Source: Bacteroidales bacterium (GTDB lineage: Bacteria; Bacteroidota; Bacteroidia; Bacteroidales; UBA7960). From it: a DNA stretch of 47,834 bases. Under the pieces are notes generated by a model that was given only the letters and a program-made list of their open reading frames with translations, was not told where the DNA came from and did not search any database. The translations under genes were made by a program, and so were the position numbers. The first letter of the stretch is position 1. Each line of letters opens with the position of its first letter. The DNA is taken from the NCBI GenBank assembly GCA_041690235.1, contig JAWLHS010000003.1:1-47834 (forward strand), read 5' to 3'. Below, piece after piece: positions 35,368 to 45,600 of this stretch.

Positions 35368-37995
35368 TTACTGCACACCGATCCGGTAAGTCGCCTTGAT
35401 CAATAGGGTATGGTGGCCTTTCTCAGAAAACAATTCATCCAGGTCACGGAAGTAGTTGAGGCCCCCGTTCCCCTCAGCCCCTGACTTATTCTGGCTCCAA
35501 ACCAAATAGAGGGAAGAGCCCGGGCTGTATTCCCAGCGAATGACCAGGTTGGACAGCAATTCCTTCACCCGGAAATCCGGCTTTCCGAAGCCGTAATCAA
35601 CCGTTCCGTCCCGGTTTTCATCCACTCTATATATCAGATTTTCAAGGGCGATCTGGTCCGGGCCAAAGGCTTCAAAACGATCCACCAGACGCGACGCCTG
35701 CGGGTCGGTGATGTATTTAAACGCTGAGTAATTCCCCACCGCCACAAAGGGCTGGCCCCAGTATTGCAGTGTCAGGTCGGGCAACAAGGTAAAATTCAGT
35801 CTGAAAGAAAAACTGACCACCTGTTGGTGGATGCGCCCGAACAGATAACGGGGCTCACCCGAAAATTCAGTCTGTCTGATGTATTGAAGCTCCTCGGAAC
35901 GGGAAAGATAGGATGGATTCAATGAAAAGTTCAGGTTATCAATGGGCTTGTAGGTCATGCCAAGCGAAATCCTGAACAAATCGGAATAGTTCTCGGCCGA
36001 ACGGGCCAGATTGCCACCCATGGAAAAATGTAACTTGCGCCGGTTGTCGGTGCTTGCACCAAACCAGGAGTTTACGCGGGCCGGCAGACGAATGGCCGGT
36101 CCGCCCCTCAGGTGATTCGCCGCATTGATATTGTGATTGAATTCCACGCCCAGGTTGTTTGTCCAATAATTCTTGTAGCGGATCGAGCCGTTCAGATTCC
36201 AACCGGACACCTGCCTGTCTCCCGCAAAATTCCACATGGTATACTGGCTCATGTTGATATTGAAAGACCGGTAGAAGCCTTTGGGTTCCCAAACCTTGTA
36301 GCCGACCCACAGCAACTGAAATACCTGGTCGGCTTCCCGCATATAGCCCATGTCATTGATCTCGAACCCGGGCGATTTCCAGGTCATGGCCGCCATGAAA
36401 TTCCAGTGCCCGCCTCCGATCTTTCCCAGTTGCATCCGTCCACCGCTTCCGGTCAGGGAAGTCCGGCTGGAATCCAACGAGACATGCCCGGCGTCGGGTC
36501 GCTGAAAATACCTTGCGGATGAGCGCTGGGTGCGAAGCAGCGCCGCCTCGCTGCCCTCAACATGGCTCAAGCCTGCATTGACATTAAACATCCAGGACTT
36601 TTCCATGAAGTATTGTGTAAAATCAAGGCCACCGGAATAGGCAGCCCGGTGCATCTGACGCGAAAGTCGTTCATCCACCTTCCTGTGCACACTGGTTACC
36701 ATCCCCCCCAGAATGGTGTTGCCTTCACGGAAATCCTTCTGCACCCTTCCGACAAAAAAATTGGTCATGGGTTCAATGGTTTCGAAGGATCGCTGCCCCA
36801 ATAGGTCGATTTCGGCCTTTTCTTCGGCAGTGACCGACTCAATGAAAGCGACGGAAAGGCCGTTTTTGGTTTTGCCCGTCAGCTTGGCGGCGCCCAGAAT
36901 ATTTGTAAAGGAGGGGATGTCGGCATACGCCCCGCTGGGCAAACCAATCTGTCCGCCAGGCCGGCGTCCGATACGCCGCGAATAAAACAGGTTGTCATTG
37001 CCGATTCCCCCTTCGCCGATTCCCAGTCCAAAACTGCTTATATTCCTTCCCTCTATAAAGAAAGGGCGTTTTTCCTGGAAGAAAGTCTCATAGGCGGAAA
37101 GGTTCACTTCGGATGGGTCTGCCTCCACCTGACCAAAATCCGGATTAATGGTCAGATCCATCGTCAGGTTGTTGCTAATCCCTACTTTGGCATCCATTCC
37201 AAGTTTAAACCGCTGATCGCTGCCTGTAAGAAAGGGATGGTCCGGAACCCTGGGATAGATCGAGGCCGATGACACTGTATAGGGGGTGATGTCAAAAATG
37301 CGCCTTGGCTCAATGCCACCAAGGCCTTCCAGGGTGCCAAAAAGATGTACAACGCCCGGAGCGTCTTTCGGAATATGCGACCAGAAACTCATCTCCCCTT
37401 TTCTGTGGATTTGGCGAAATACCTGCAATCCCCATAAGTCGCCTCCATTGCGCTCAAACCTCAGCTGGCTCAGGGGGATGCGCATTTCAGCTACCCAGCC
37501 GCCGTCGTGAATACTGGTCTTCACCCACCAATTCGGATCCCAGGAATGGTCTTCATTTTGTCCGTTATCGGTCATCATGAAGTCGAATTTTATACCCCCG
37601 GCGGTCACCCCGAAGATAAATGCGGTGCGCTGGTCATAATAGCTGTCGAAGGCAATGCCAACCGCATCCCCGTCATTATGATCACGACGTGTCAGGCGGC
37701 TTACAATGCTGTCAGGGGCTGTATCCCAGGCACGTATCGCCACATATATATTGTCATCATCAAACAGGACCAGAAAGCCCGTTTCCTGGGAAGCTTCCCT
37801 TCCATTGTAGGGTTCATGCTGGATAAAGCCCGTGGTCCACGGGCCGGACTCCCAGGCTGGATCATCAAGTATTCCATCTATGTCGGGAGCCAGTCCGCTG
37901 AGCCGGATTGCCTTATAGTGCCTGGGCGAGAGATCCTCTGCCATGGCCCCTGCACACAACAAGCATAGAAAGGCAAATGCTGTCAGGGTTCTCAT
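35368..37995 (-). CDS. CBM9-like + DUF5916 secreted/outer-membrane protein
   Basis: Signal peptide MRTLTAFAFL..., IDGILDDPAW, WVAEMRIPLSQLRF, NPDFGQVEADP, FFQEKRPFFIEG, LFYSRRIG; beta-rich C-terminus. Confidence 0.8.
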   Translation of the reverse strand: MRTLTAFAFLCLLCAGAMAEDLSPRHYKAIRLSGLAPDIDGILDDPAWESGPWTTGFIQHEPYNGREASQETGFLVLFDDDNIYVAIRAWDTAPDSIVSRLTRRDHNDGDAVGIAFDSYYDQRTAFIFGVTAGGIKFDFMMTDNGQNEDHSWDPNWWVKTSIHDGGWVAEMRIPLSQLRFERNGGDLWGLQVFRQIHRKGEMSFWSHIPKDAPGVVHLFGTLEGLGGIEPRRIFDITPYTVSSASIYPRVPDHPFLTGSDQRFKLGMDAKVGISNNLTMDLTINPDFGQVEADPSEVNLSAYETFFQEKRPFFIEGRNISSFGLGIGEGGIGNDNLFYSRRIGRRPGGQIGLPSGAYADIPSFTNILGAAKLTGKTKNGLSVAFIESVTAEEKAEIDLLGQRSFETIEPMTNFFVGRVQKDFREGNTILGGMVTSVHRKVDERLSRQMHRAAYSGGLDFTQYFMEKSWMFNVNAGLSHVEGSEAALLRTQRSSARYFQRPDAGHVSLDSSRTSLTGSGGRMQLGKIGGGHWNFMAAMTWKSPGFEINDMGYMREADQVFQLLWVGYKVWEPKGFYRSFNINMSQYTMWNFAGDRQVSGWNLNGSIRYKNYWTNNLGVEFNHNINAANHLRGGPAIRLPARVNSWFGASTDNRRKLHFSMGGNLARSAENYSDLFRISLGMTYKPIDNLNFSLNPSYLSRSEELQYIRQTEFSGEPRYLFGRIHQQVVSFSFRLNFTLLPDLTLQYWGQPFVAVGNYSAFKYITDPQASRLVDRFEAFGPDQIALENLIYRVDENRDGTVDYGFGKPDFRVKELLSNLVIRWEYSPGSSLYLVWSQNKSGAEGNGGLNYFRDLDELFSEKGHHTLLIKATYRIGVQ

Positions 37996-38045
37996 AATAT
38001 GTTCAATGCTGGCGGGAATTTGCAAGTGGTTTTTTCAATATTTGA

Positions 38046-38162
38046 TCAAGCATTGGGCCAATGGTTATAAACCACTATATCACAATTAAATAAATAATTT
38101 GAATCGCATGCTTTGAACCAATGGATGTCCGCTGGCGGACATTCACTGTGCGATTCTGTACG
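38046..38162 (-). promoter_or_regulatory. Candidate sigma54 promoter with tandem TGT-N10-ACA activator sites
   Basis: -24/-12-like TGGCCC-N5-TTGA (minus strand, 38060-38046); TGTCCGCTGGCGGACA (38126-38141) and TGTGCGATTCTGTACG (38147-38162); AT-rich spacer between. Confidence 0.55.
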
Positions 38163-38195
38163 GGGAGCCGATCCGCCCATCCATTGCCTTTCCGA

Positions 38196-38249
38196 GGGCT
38201 GGGGAGGACCGGGTTCTCAGGCGGGCTGGGGAGAACCGGGTCCGCAGGC
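38196..38249. repeat. Two-copy 27-bp tandem repeat
   Basis: gggctggggaggaccgggttctcaggc / gggctggggagaaccgggtccgcaggc (24/27 identical). Confidence 0.75.
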
Positions 38250-38283
38250 GAACTGACATCCCGTGATGCGGGTGGGGCCTGCC

Positions 38284-38317
38284 AAAAAAAAAGGGACGCA
38301 TATGGTGCGCCCCTTTT
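38284..38317 (-). terminator. Rho-independent terminator of the M3 peptidase gene
   Basis: Minus strand AAAAGGGGCGCA-CCATA-TGCGTCCC-TTTTTTTTT, about 30 bp after the stop. Confidence 0.75.
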
Positions 38318-38344
38318 CTGGATCAAACCCAGGGTGTTCCTGGT

Positions 38345-40444
38345 TTATAACAGTCCTTTTTGCCTCAAAAACGGCTCAATGGTAGGTTCCTGGCCGCGGA
38401 ACCTTACATAAGCGTCCATGCCTTCGTAAATGGCATTGTTGGCCAAAATAAATTCGCGGAATTTGGCCGCCAGTTCCTGGTTGAACAAATCACCCGATTC
38501 CTTGAATGCATAAAAGGCATCTGCATCAAGAATGCCGGCCCAACGGTAAACGTAATAACCCGCTGCATACCCTGATCCAAAGATATGACCGAAGTTCGGT
38601 GTGCGGTAACGGGGAACGATCTCGTCAATCAGGCCGATTCGATTCAGCGTGGCCTCTTCAAAGGCATTAACGTCTATGTCTCCGCTATGATCCGCCGTAT
38701 GCCAGTCCATATCCAGAATGGCAGCTGCCAGGTATTCAACATTCAAAAAGCCCTGGTTAAAGTGCCCTGCGCGGCCCAGTTTTTCGACCAGCTCATCGGG
38801 AATGGGGTCACCTGTTTCATAATGCAGGGCATATTCCTTTAACAGCTCGGGTTCACCGGCCCAGTTTTCCATAATCTGGGAAGGGAGTTCCACAAAATCG
38901 CGGGGCACGCTGCGACTGGTGCGGCGATATTGTCCGTCCGAAAAGAAGTTATGCAGGGCATGCCCGAATTCATGAAAATAAGTGGTGGTTTCGTCCCAGC
39001 TCAGCATGGCCGGCTTGTCGCCTGTGGGACGGGTAAAGTTCATGACCATGGTCACAATGGGTGCAATTTTTTCGCCATTCTCATAGGCCCCGCTGCGGTA
39101 AGTACCGCACGAGGCTCCACTGCTCTTGCCGGGACGCGGATGGGGATCAATGAAAAGAAGGGCCAGGTGGCTGCCGTCCCTGTCAAACACCTCGAAGGCT
39201 TCGACTTCGGGATGATAAACCGGGACTTCCGGACGGGCCTCGAAGGTCAGGCCCCACAGCTTATTGGCTGCCAGAAAACTTCCTTCACGCACATTGTCGA
39301 TGGTAAAATAGGGTTTCACTTCTTCCTCATCCAGATCGTAGCGCTCCCCACGAATCTTCTCCGCATAATACCACCAATCCCACGACTCCAGATCAAAGTC
39401 GCCGCCATCCCTTTCGATCATGGCCTGCATATCATCCCGTTCTCTCTTGGCACGGGCAAGGGCAGGTTCCCAGACCTGATAAAGGAAGTTGTAAACATTT
39501 TCGGGTCTTTCTGCCATCTGGTCCTCAAGAAAAAACTCCGCATAATTGGGGTATCCCATCAGTTGTGCCCTGTCCTGGCGAAGTTTCATCAGTTCGGCGA
39601 ACAATTCCTTGTTGTCATTCTCATTGCCGTTATCACCCCGCATGAAATAAGCACGGTAAAGCTGTTCACGCAAATCACGGCGTTCTGAAAACTGCAGGAA
39701 TGGGGTCCAGCTGGGTTTGGCCAGCGTAAAAACCCATTTGCCTTCCTGTCCGACTCTGCTTGCTTCGGAAGCTGCAGCTTCGATCACATCCGGGGGAAGC
39801 CCTGCCAGATCGGCTTCATCTTCCAAAACGAGAGTAAACCCGTTGTTTTCGGCCAGCAGGTTTTCGCCCAACTGAAGGGAGACCATTGACATGCGCTCAT
39901 TGAGCTTTTTCAATTCCTCGCGCTTGTCTTCAGGAAGGGCTGCGCCTCCGCGTTCAAAATCGCGGTAGATCTTTTCCACAAGGCGCATCTGTTCCGTATC
40001 CAGATTGAGGCTCTCACGCTTCTCATAGACCGCCTGGATCCGTGCGAACAATTCCTGGTTCAGGCGAATTTCATTTCCGTGGGCAGTGAGCATGGGGGTG
40101 GTTTCCCTGGCAATTTCCTGCAGACGGGGACTGGTTTCCGCACGGCGCAAACCACCGAATACGGGACCCACCTTACGCATCAGCGCGCCGCTGTTGTCAT
40201 AGGCAACAATGGTGTTCTCGAAACTGGGGGGCTCCGGGTTGTTGATAATGGCGTCAATTTCCTGCTTCTCTTGTTGGATGGCCTCCTCATAAGCCGGAAG
40301 GAAATGGTCATCCTGGATCTTGTCGAAGGGTGGAGCGCCAAAAGGCGTATCCCACTCAACAAAGAAAGGGTTTTCTTCAACCGCCGGCGAGCACGCGGAC
40401 AGTATCATCATGGCTGGCAGAATAATAAACAATAGTTTTCTCAT
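38345..40444 (-). CDS. dcp: M3-family metallopeptidase (peptidyl-dipeptidase Dcp-like), lipoprotein
   Basis: Lipobox ILSAC after MRKLLF; HEFGHALH, RDFVELPSQIMEN, AGYYVYRWA. Confidence 0.88.
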   Translation of the reverse strand: MRKLLFIILPAMMILSACSPAVEENPFFVEWDTPFGAPPFDKIQDDHFLPAYEEAIQQEKQEIDAIINNPEPPSFENTIVAYDNSGALMRKVGPVFGGLRRAETSPRLQEIARETTPMLTAHGNEIRLNQELFARIQAVYEKRESLNLDTEQMRLVEKIYRDFERGGAALPEDKREELKKLNERMSMVSLQLGENLLAENNGFTLVLEDEADLAGLPPDVIEAAASEASRVGQEGKWVFTLAKPSWTPFLQFSERRDLREQLYRAYFMRGDNGNENDNKELFAELMKLRQDRAQLMGYPNYAEFFLEDQMAERPENVYNFLYQVWEPALARAKRERDDMQAMIERDGGDFDLESWDWWYYAEKIRGERYDLDEEEVKPYFTIDNVREGSFLAANKLWGLTFEARPEVPVYHPEVEAFEVFDRDGSHLALLFIDPHPRPGKSSGASCGTYRSGAYENGEKIAPIVTMVMNFTRPTGDKPAMLSWDETTTYFHEFGHALHNFFSDGQYRRTSRSVPRDFVELPSQIMENWAGEPELLKEYALHYETGDPIPDELVEKLGRAGHFNQGFLNVEYLAAAILDMDWHTADHSGDIDVNAFEEATLNRIGLIDEIVPRYRTPNFGHIFGSGYAAGYYVYRWAGILDADAFYAFKESGDLFNQELAAKFREFILANNAIYEGMDAYVRFRGQEPTIEPFLRQKGLL

Positions 40445-40671
40445 AAAACGTCTGGTTGTTAAGGGTTGATATAGGTTTGAAAGAACAATAGAATGAGCAG
40501 ACGCAAACACCACATTGCTGAAACGGGGTGCCTTTGTGGCCTGGCAGGGAATTACAGGCAGCAAATATAAGACATTTATCTGATTGCTTTTTAGTTGCAA
40601 GCAGAAAATGAACCCCGCCCCCCAAAAAAAAGTCCGCCGCCCGGCGCTTTATCCCGCGCAGAATACATCTG

Positions 40672-43600
40672 TTACTGCCGGGGGTCAGGCCTTCGGTAAC
40701 GAACCGGCGGATCCGGCTCTGCCTGCAGTTCCACTCCTTCGGTTTCCAGCAATCTCAAGGCCTCCTCCACAGCCCTTTCCAATTGTGGGTCCCGGCCACG
40801 GATCACCGCTTCAGGCCATTGTTCCACTTCTATGTCGGGGGCCACACCCTCAGCTTCCACGGCCCAATTTCCATGAATGTCGAAAAAGCCGCCCCTGGGG
40901 GCCATCATTCGTCCCCCATCAACAAAAACCGGGGTATCCCAGATACCCACCAGTCCGCCCCAGGTCCTCGTACCGATCAGGGGTCCCAGGCCTGCCTGCC
41001 GGAACATATAAGGAAGTAAATCCCCGCCCGATCCGGCCCTTTCATTGATGACCATCACCTTGGGACCCCAGATACCAGCCATCGGGGTGGTAAAGGGTTT
41101 ACGGTCGGCCGCTTTGGAATTAAAATACCCATGCAGTTCCCTGCCCATAATGTCTATCATATAATCGGCAGCAGAACCGCCCCCGTTGTTTCTCTGGTCA
41201 ATAACGGCCCCTTTTTTGTCCTGCTGGGCAAAGTAATACCGGTTAAAGAAGGTATAACCACCTCCCCCAGTATTTGGCAGATAAACGTAGGCCAACCGGC
41301 CGTCCGAAAGGGCATCCACCTTCCGCCGGTTGCCCTCGACCCAGTCCATCATGCGCAACTGGCTTTCATTGGCGACGGGAATGACTGTTAACAGTCTGGA
41401 TCCTTGCAGGGTCGGACTTTCGTTCACCCTGATTGAAGTCTGCCTGCCGGCGGTTGCTTCAAAATACTTGTACAGGTTTTGGGACGCATCAACTTGTACG
41501 CCGTTGACTTCCAGAAGAAAATCTCCTTCATTGACCGCGAGGCCGGGACGGGAAAGAGGGGCATCCAATCCCGGGTTCCAGTTTTCCCCATCGTAAATCC
41601 GGGCCAGGCGGAAATGACCCTCTTCCACCACAAAATCCGCACCAAGCAATCCGACAGGAATTTGTTCCACGCCGGGCATATCTCCCCCACTGACATAAGA
41701 ATGACCTATGGCAACCTCGCCGCCCATGATCTCAACCACGTAGTTCAGGTCGGAGCGGTGGCGCACATGATCCACCCACGGACGGTACCATTCGTAGACT
41801 TCGTTCCAAGGGGCACCATGCACATTGTCGACGTACAGAAAATCCCGCTGAAAGCGCCATCCCTCCTTGAATATTTGTTTCCACTCGGCCATGGGTTCGA
41901 TGCGCATGCGCAGCCCACCAACCGCTTCCAACCGGCCATCGCCCGGTTTCTTTGCCGGACCCCCGGCGTCAACAATGCCCCAGGAGGATCCACTGCGATA
42001 GAGGACGGATTTGCGGTCCTGAGAGGACACCGCTTCCTGGACCGGTGTGACGAAAGGCTCAGCCTCCCGCTTCGTGAAGTCATAACGATGCATGGTCAGT
42101 CCCCGCTGATTGGGAACGGACTCCAGGAAAAAGACAAAATGAGCGGGACCGGCAACCAGACCGGTGTAATTCCTCAGTGGCACATCCACCGCGACAACGC
42201 GTTTTAACAATCCCTCCTCATCTATGACTACGCTCGCTGCTTCACCGGGTTGATCATTGCCATTGCCGGATTCTCCTCCGTTCCGCGAGACGCCCTGCGC
42301 CTTTCCGATCTCCCCGGCACCACCGGGAGATTCTTCATCACTTCTGGGCAAAAACGGTGAGGTTCCTTCCTTCTCAAGAACGGCTGCATACAAACCCCGG
42401 GTTGTCGGACGATCGTAGGAACTCATGTCCAGCCACCCCGTGTTCAAACCGTAATCCGTGCTTGCCAGAAAATACAGGAACTTTCCGCCGGCATCCCAAA
42501 CCGGGCTAATGGCATCGGCCATTCCGTCGGTCACCTGAATCCGTTTCCCCGTGTCAACGTTGTAAACCACGATGGCCTTGAACATGTTCTCAAGGGTATG
42601 TGCGTAAGCAATCCATTTGCTGTCGGGCGACCATACAGGATTCATGGTTCGCTCGGGCCTGACATAGCGGTCTGTATCGACATGGGATGCCTCCCCGCTT
42701 TCAAGATTGAAGACCCAAAGATTCAGATGGGTGTCGGTATAGGCGATAAACCGTCCATCGGGCGACCAGGCAGGCCTGAAAAAGAAACTGGGTTCCGGAA
42801 GCACGTGACTCACGGGCGGGGTCATTCCATCCTGGCCGCCAACCATCAAACGGTATTCCCCGCTTTCATCAGAGAACCAGGCGATACGGTTCCCGTCGGG
42901 CGACCAGACAGGAAAACGGTCGGCCGCCCCGGGACTGCGGGTGATGTTCCGCCAGGGGCCGTGTTCTTTGGGGACGGTAAATATGTCACCGCGATACTCG
43001 AACAGGGCGCGCTTTCCGGTGGGAGAAAGGGAGGGGTTCTGAAGGGCCGTCGGACCGACATCTTCCCAGCGGTCGCGCGACCAGTGGAAATCTCCCCTGA
43101 CATGGATAACCAGTGGCTCCCTGGTTCCGTTTCCGGGATCCAGTACATGCAAACCCCCTCCCTGTTCGTACACAATCACATCCCCTCCGGAATTCAGGTT
43201 CTTTACATCAAAATCAACATGGAAGGTTTCCTGCTCCAATTCCCCGCTGGCAGGGTCGAATGACCAGATATTGGCCGCATAATCCCGCTCCGAGATGAAA
43301 AACACTTTGTCTCCGTGCCAGATGGGCTTCATATGACGTTCTCCATCCGCCTGAGAGGTGGCAACCAATGAATGGTCCTCCAGATCCAGGATCCAGATGG
43401 GCTTGGCCTGTCCGCCCCTGTAATTTCTCCATTCCGGATCCCAGAACCCGATTTCCTGGTAAGCCATATAACGGCCATCGGCCGACATTTGTCCGCCTTC
43501 CGCCCTTGGAACCGGCAAAGGCTCAGGAAAACCGCCTTCGCGGGGAACTTTGAAGAAGCGGGATTCGCGGGTGGGAACCCCCTCCCTGCCGGAAACAAAA

Positions 43601-43968
43601 ATAACATGCGTACCGTCGGGCGTCCATCCGCTTACCCGGTCTGCACCAGGATGCCAGGTGAGGCGCTCAGGCTGACCCCCCTGCACCGGCATCACATAGA
43701 CATCTGTATTGCCATCATACTGGGCGGTGAATGCAATCCACTGCCCGTCGGGCGAAAAATGGGGCAGGGTCTCGGCGCCCTCATTGCTGGTCAGTCGCCA
43801 GGCGTCGTCGCCGCCCCGCTCCACCGCCCATAAATCGTTGGCGTATACAAACACGATATGGGTATCGCTGATTGCAGGCTGCCGCAGCAGCCTGGTGCCC
43901 TGGGCGCTGGCGATAGAAAAAGAAAAAGCCAAAAAAAGAATGGACAGAATCGGGTTTCTGGGGTTCAT
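40672..43968 (-). CDS. Tricorn-type S41 protease
   Basis: Signal peptide, beta-propeller repeats (SPDG), PDZ region, IGHSY, DQRNNGGG, AGSGGD catalytic Ser, RTWGG. Confidence 0.92.
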   Translation of the reverse strand: MNPRNPILSILFLAFSFSIASAQGTRLLRQPAISDTHIVFVYANDLWAVERGGDDAWRLTSNEGAETLPHFSPDGQWIAFTAQYDGNTDVYVMPVQGGQPERLTWHPGADRVSGWTPDGTHVIFVSGREGVPTRESRFFKVPREGGFPEPLPVPRAEGGQMSADGRYMAYQEIGFWDPEWRNYRGGQAKPIWILDLEDHSLVATSQADGERHMKPIWHGDKVFFISERDYAANIWSFDPASGELEQETFHVDFDVKNLNSGGDVIVYEQGGGLHVLDPGNGTREPLVIHVRGDFHWSRDRWEDVGPTALQNPSLSPTGKRALFEYRGDIFTVPKEHGPWRNITRSPGAADRFPVWSPDGNRIAWFSDESGEYRLMVGGQDGMTPPVSHVLPEPSFFFRPAWSPDGRFIAYTDTHLNLWVFNLESGEASHVDTDRYVRPERTMNPVWSPDSKWIAYAHTLENMFKAIVVYNVDTGKRIQVTDGMADAISPVWDAGGKFLYFLASTDYGLNTGWLDMSSYDRPTTRGLYAAVLEKEGTSPFLPRSDEESPGGAGEIGKAQGVSRNGGESGNGNDQPGEAASVVIDEEGLLKRVVAVDVPLRNYTGLVAGPAHFVFFLESVPNQRGLTMHRYDFTKREAEPFVTPVQEAVSSQDRKSVLYRSGSSWGIVDAGGPAKKPGDGRLEAVGGLRMRIEPMAEWKQIFKEGWRFQRDFLYVDNVHGAPWNEVYEWYRPWVDHVRHRSDLNYVVEIMGGEVAIGHSYVSGGDMPGVEQIPVGLLGADFVVEEGHFRLARIYDGENWNPGLDAPLSRPGLAVNEGDFLLEVNGVQVDASQNLYKYFEATAGRQTSIRVNESPTLQGSRLLTVIPVANESQLRMMDWVEGNRRKVDALSDGRLAYVYLPNTGGGGYTFFNRYYFAQQDKKGAVIDQRNNGGGSAADYMIDIMGRELHGYFNSKAADRKPFTTPMAGIWGPKVMVINERAGSGGDLLPYMFRQAGLGPLIGTRTWGGLVGIWDTPVFVDGGRMMAPRGGFFDIHGNWAVEAEGVAPDIEVEQWPEAVIRGRDPQLERAVEEALRLLETEGVELQAEPDPPVRYRRPDPRQ

Positions 43969-44091
43969 AATGTTTTGGGTTTGGTTACAGCGGGCTAATG
44001 TAAAAAATTAAGCGGAAATCTACTGTCATTTTTTGTACTTTTGGGCGCAAATGTTCAATTATCGGATGTCTCACCCTTTCATTCATTCTTC

Positions 44092-45594
44092 ATGAAAACA
44101 TTCTTTCACCTGACCCTGGTTTTTTTCTTCAGCACCCTGCCTGGCTCCGCCCAGAACAATCCGCAGTACGGGCAAAACGACAAGGAGACCCTGATACATG
44201 CCTTGCATGCCGTGTCGGAAGACAATATCAGCAATTGGATGCACACCCTGATCGATCCCGGAATGAGGGGACGCCTTGCCGGGGACATCGGCTATGACCG
44301 CGCAGCCCAATGGGCCACTGAAAGGTTTACCGAATGGGGACTCCAACCCTTTTTCAGGGATCGGGGGTTTTATCAGGAATTTGATCAGCCCTACACATTG
44401 ATACTTGATAGGGGAAGCCTGAGCATGCATATTCCCTTTGGCGAGGGGAAGGAAATGCTGGACAAGACTTACAGCTATGCAGCGGATTACTGGCCCTGGG
44501 GCGTTTCAGGCAGTGGTGAGGTGACCGGGGAAGTGGTGTATGCCGGATATGGCATTACGGCCCCCGGGCTGGGATACGATGATTTTGCCGGGGTCGATGT
44601 CAACGGCCGCATTGTGATCTGCGAGCTGGGAATTCCATACACAGGAAGCAACACGGACACCCTGGAGCAATGGCAGCCATACAGGGAAGTACAATACAAG
44701 ATCAGTAATGCCATGGAAAACGGTGCGGTGGGGATGTTGTTTGCCTATCATGTTGCCGGCCCCAGGCCCACGGTGGATCCTTCTTTTGTTTTCCTGGCAC
44801 TGGCTGACCACGTGGTGGAAGACTTCTTCATGGGAACCGGCAAAGACTGGAAAAACCTGAGGCAGCAGATCAACACCACCCTCAGCCCGGCTTCGTTCAA
44901 TACGGGAAAACTGGCCAGCATGGCTTTGACGGTGGATTACCATCCCGAAGGAAGGACAGCCAATGTGGTGGGCATGATAGAAGGCAGCCATCCCGACTTA
45001 AAAAATGAATACCTGATTATCGGGGCCCACCTGGATCACCTCGGCATGATGCCCGTGCTGTTTCCGGGCGCCCTCGACAATGCATCCGGGGTTGCCATCG
45101 CCATGGGCGTGGCCCGTTCCCTGAGCCAGGCCGGCATCAAACTGGATCGCAGTCTTGTTATCCTGCTTTTCGGGGCCGAAGAAGTCGGGCTGGTGGGGTC
45201 CACTTATTTTGTGGAGCACTTCCCCCATCCGACGGAGAACATTAAAATGATGATCAACCTGGATATGGTGGGTCGGGGCGACTCTTTTTTTGCCGCCACT
45301 TCCGAGCCATGGGAAGACTTACTCCCGTTTTTTGAGCGGAACAATGACCAATGGGTGCACCGCCAGATGATGACGCGAAGCAGTGCGTGGTCCTACTCTT
45401 TTCGACCGCGGACGGACGGGGCGGTGTTTTCAAACTTCCGGATCCCCACCATCCATTTCGGAGCCCGGGGAGCCCCTTCCCGATCCCTGTACCATGTTCC
45501 GGAAGACGACATGAGACAGATCGACACCGAGATCATGCGCGATGTGGTTAAGCTGATCACCATGACCGTTATTGACATTGCCAACGAGCAGTAG
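44092..45594 (+). CDS. M28-family aminopeptidase with PA domain
   Basis: Signal peptide; GAHLDHLG, GALDNASG, AEEVGL, NLDMVG, YH Zn ligands; TACTTTTG -7 element at 44036-44043. Confidence 0.88.
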   Translation: MKTFFHLTLVFFFSTLPGSAQNNPQYGQNDKETLIHALHAVSEDNISNWMHTLIDPGMRGRLAGDIGYDRAAQWATERFTEWGLQPFFRDRGFYQEFDQPYTLILDRGSLSMHIPFGEGKEMLDKTYSYAADYWPWGVSGSGEVTGEVVYAGYGITAPGLGYDDFAGVDVNGRIVICELGIPYTGSNTDTLEQWQPYREVQYKISNAMENGAVGMLFAYHVAGPRPTVDPSFVFLALADHVVEDFFMGTGKDWKNLRQQINTTLSPASFNTGKLASMALTVDYHPEGRTANVVGMIEGSHPDLKNEYLIIGAHLDHLGMMPVLFPGALDNASGVAIAMGVARSLSQAGIKLDRSLVILLFGAEEVGLVGSTYFVEHFPHPTENIKMMINLDMVGRGDSFFAATSEPWEDLLPFFERNNDQWVHRQMMTRSSAWSYSFRPRTDGAVFSNFRIPTIHFGARGAPSRSLYHVPEDDMRQIDTEIMRDVVKLITMTVIDIANEQ

Positions 45595-45600
45595 GTTGCC

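Noticed and set aside
38196-38249. Possible CRISPR array
   Set aside because: Only two abutting copies, no spacers and no cas genes.
38075-38411. Short ORFs 38075-38326 (-) and 38121-38411 (+)
   Set aside because: They span a terminator, a tandem repeat and promoter elements; the repeated peptide only reflects the DNA repeat.
40445-40570. Possible riboswitch in the roughly 110-nt leader of the M3 peptidase
   Set aside because: Only weak pairing (CCACA/TGTGG) and no recognisable aptamer consensus; an Rfam/Infernal scan would be needed.
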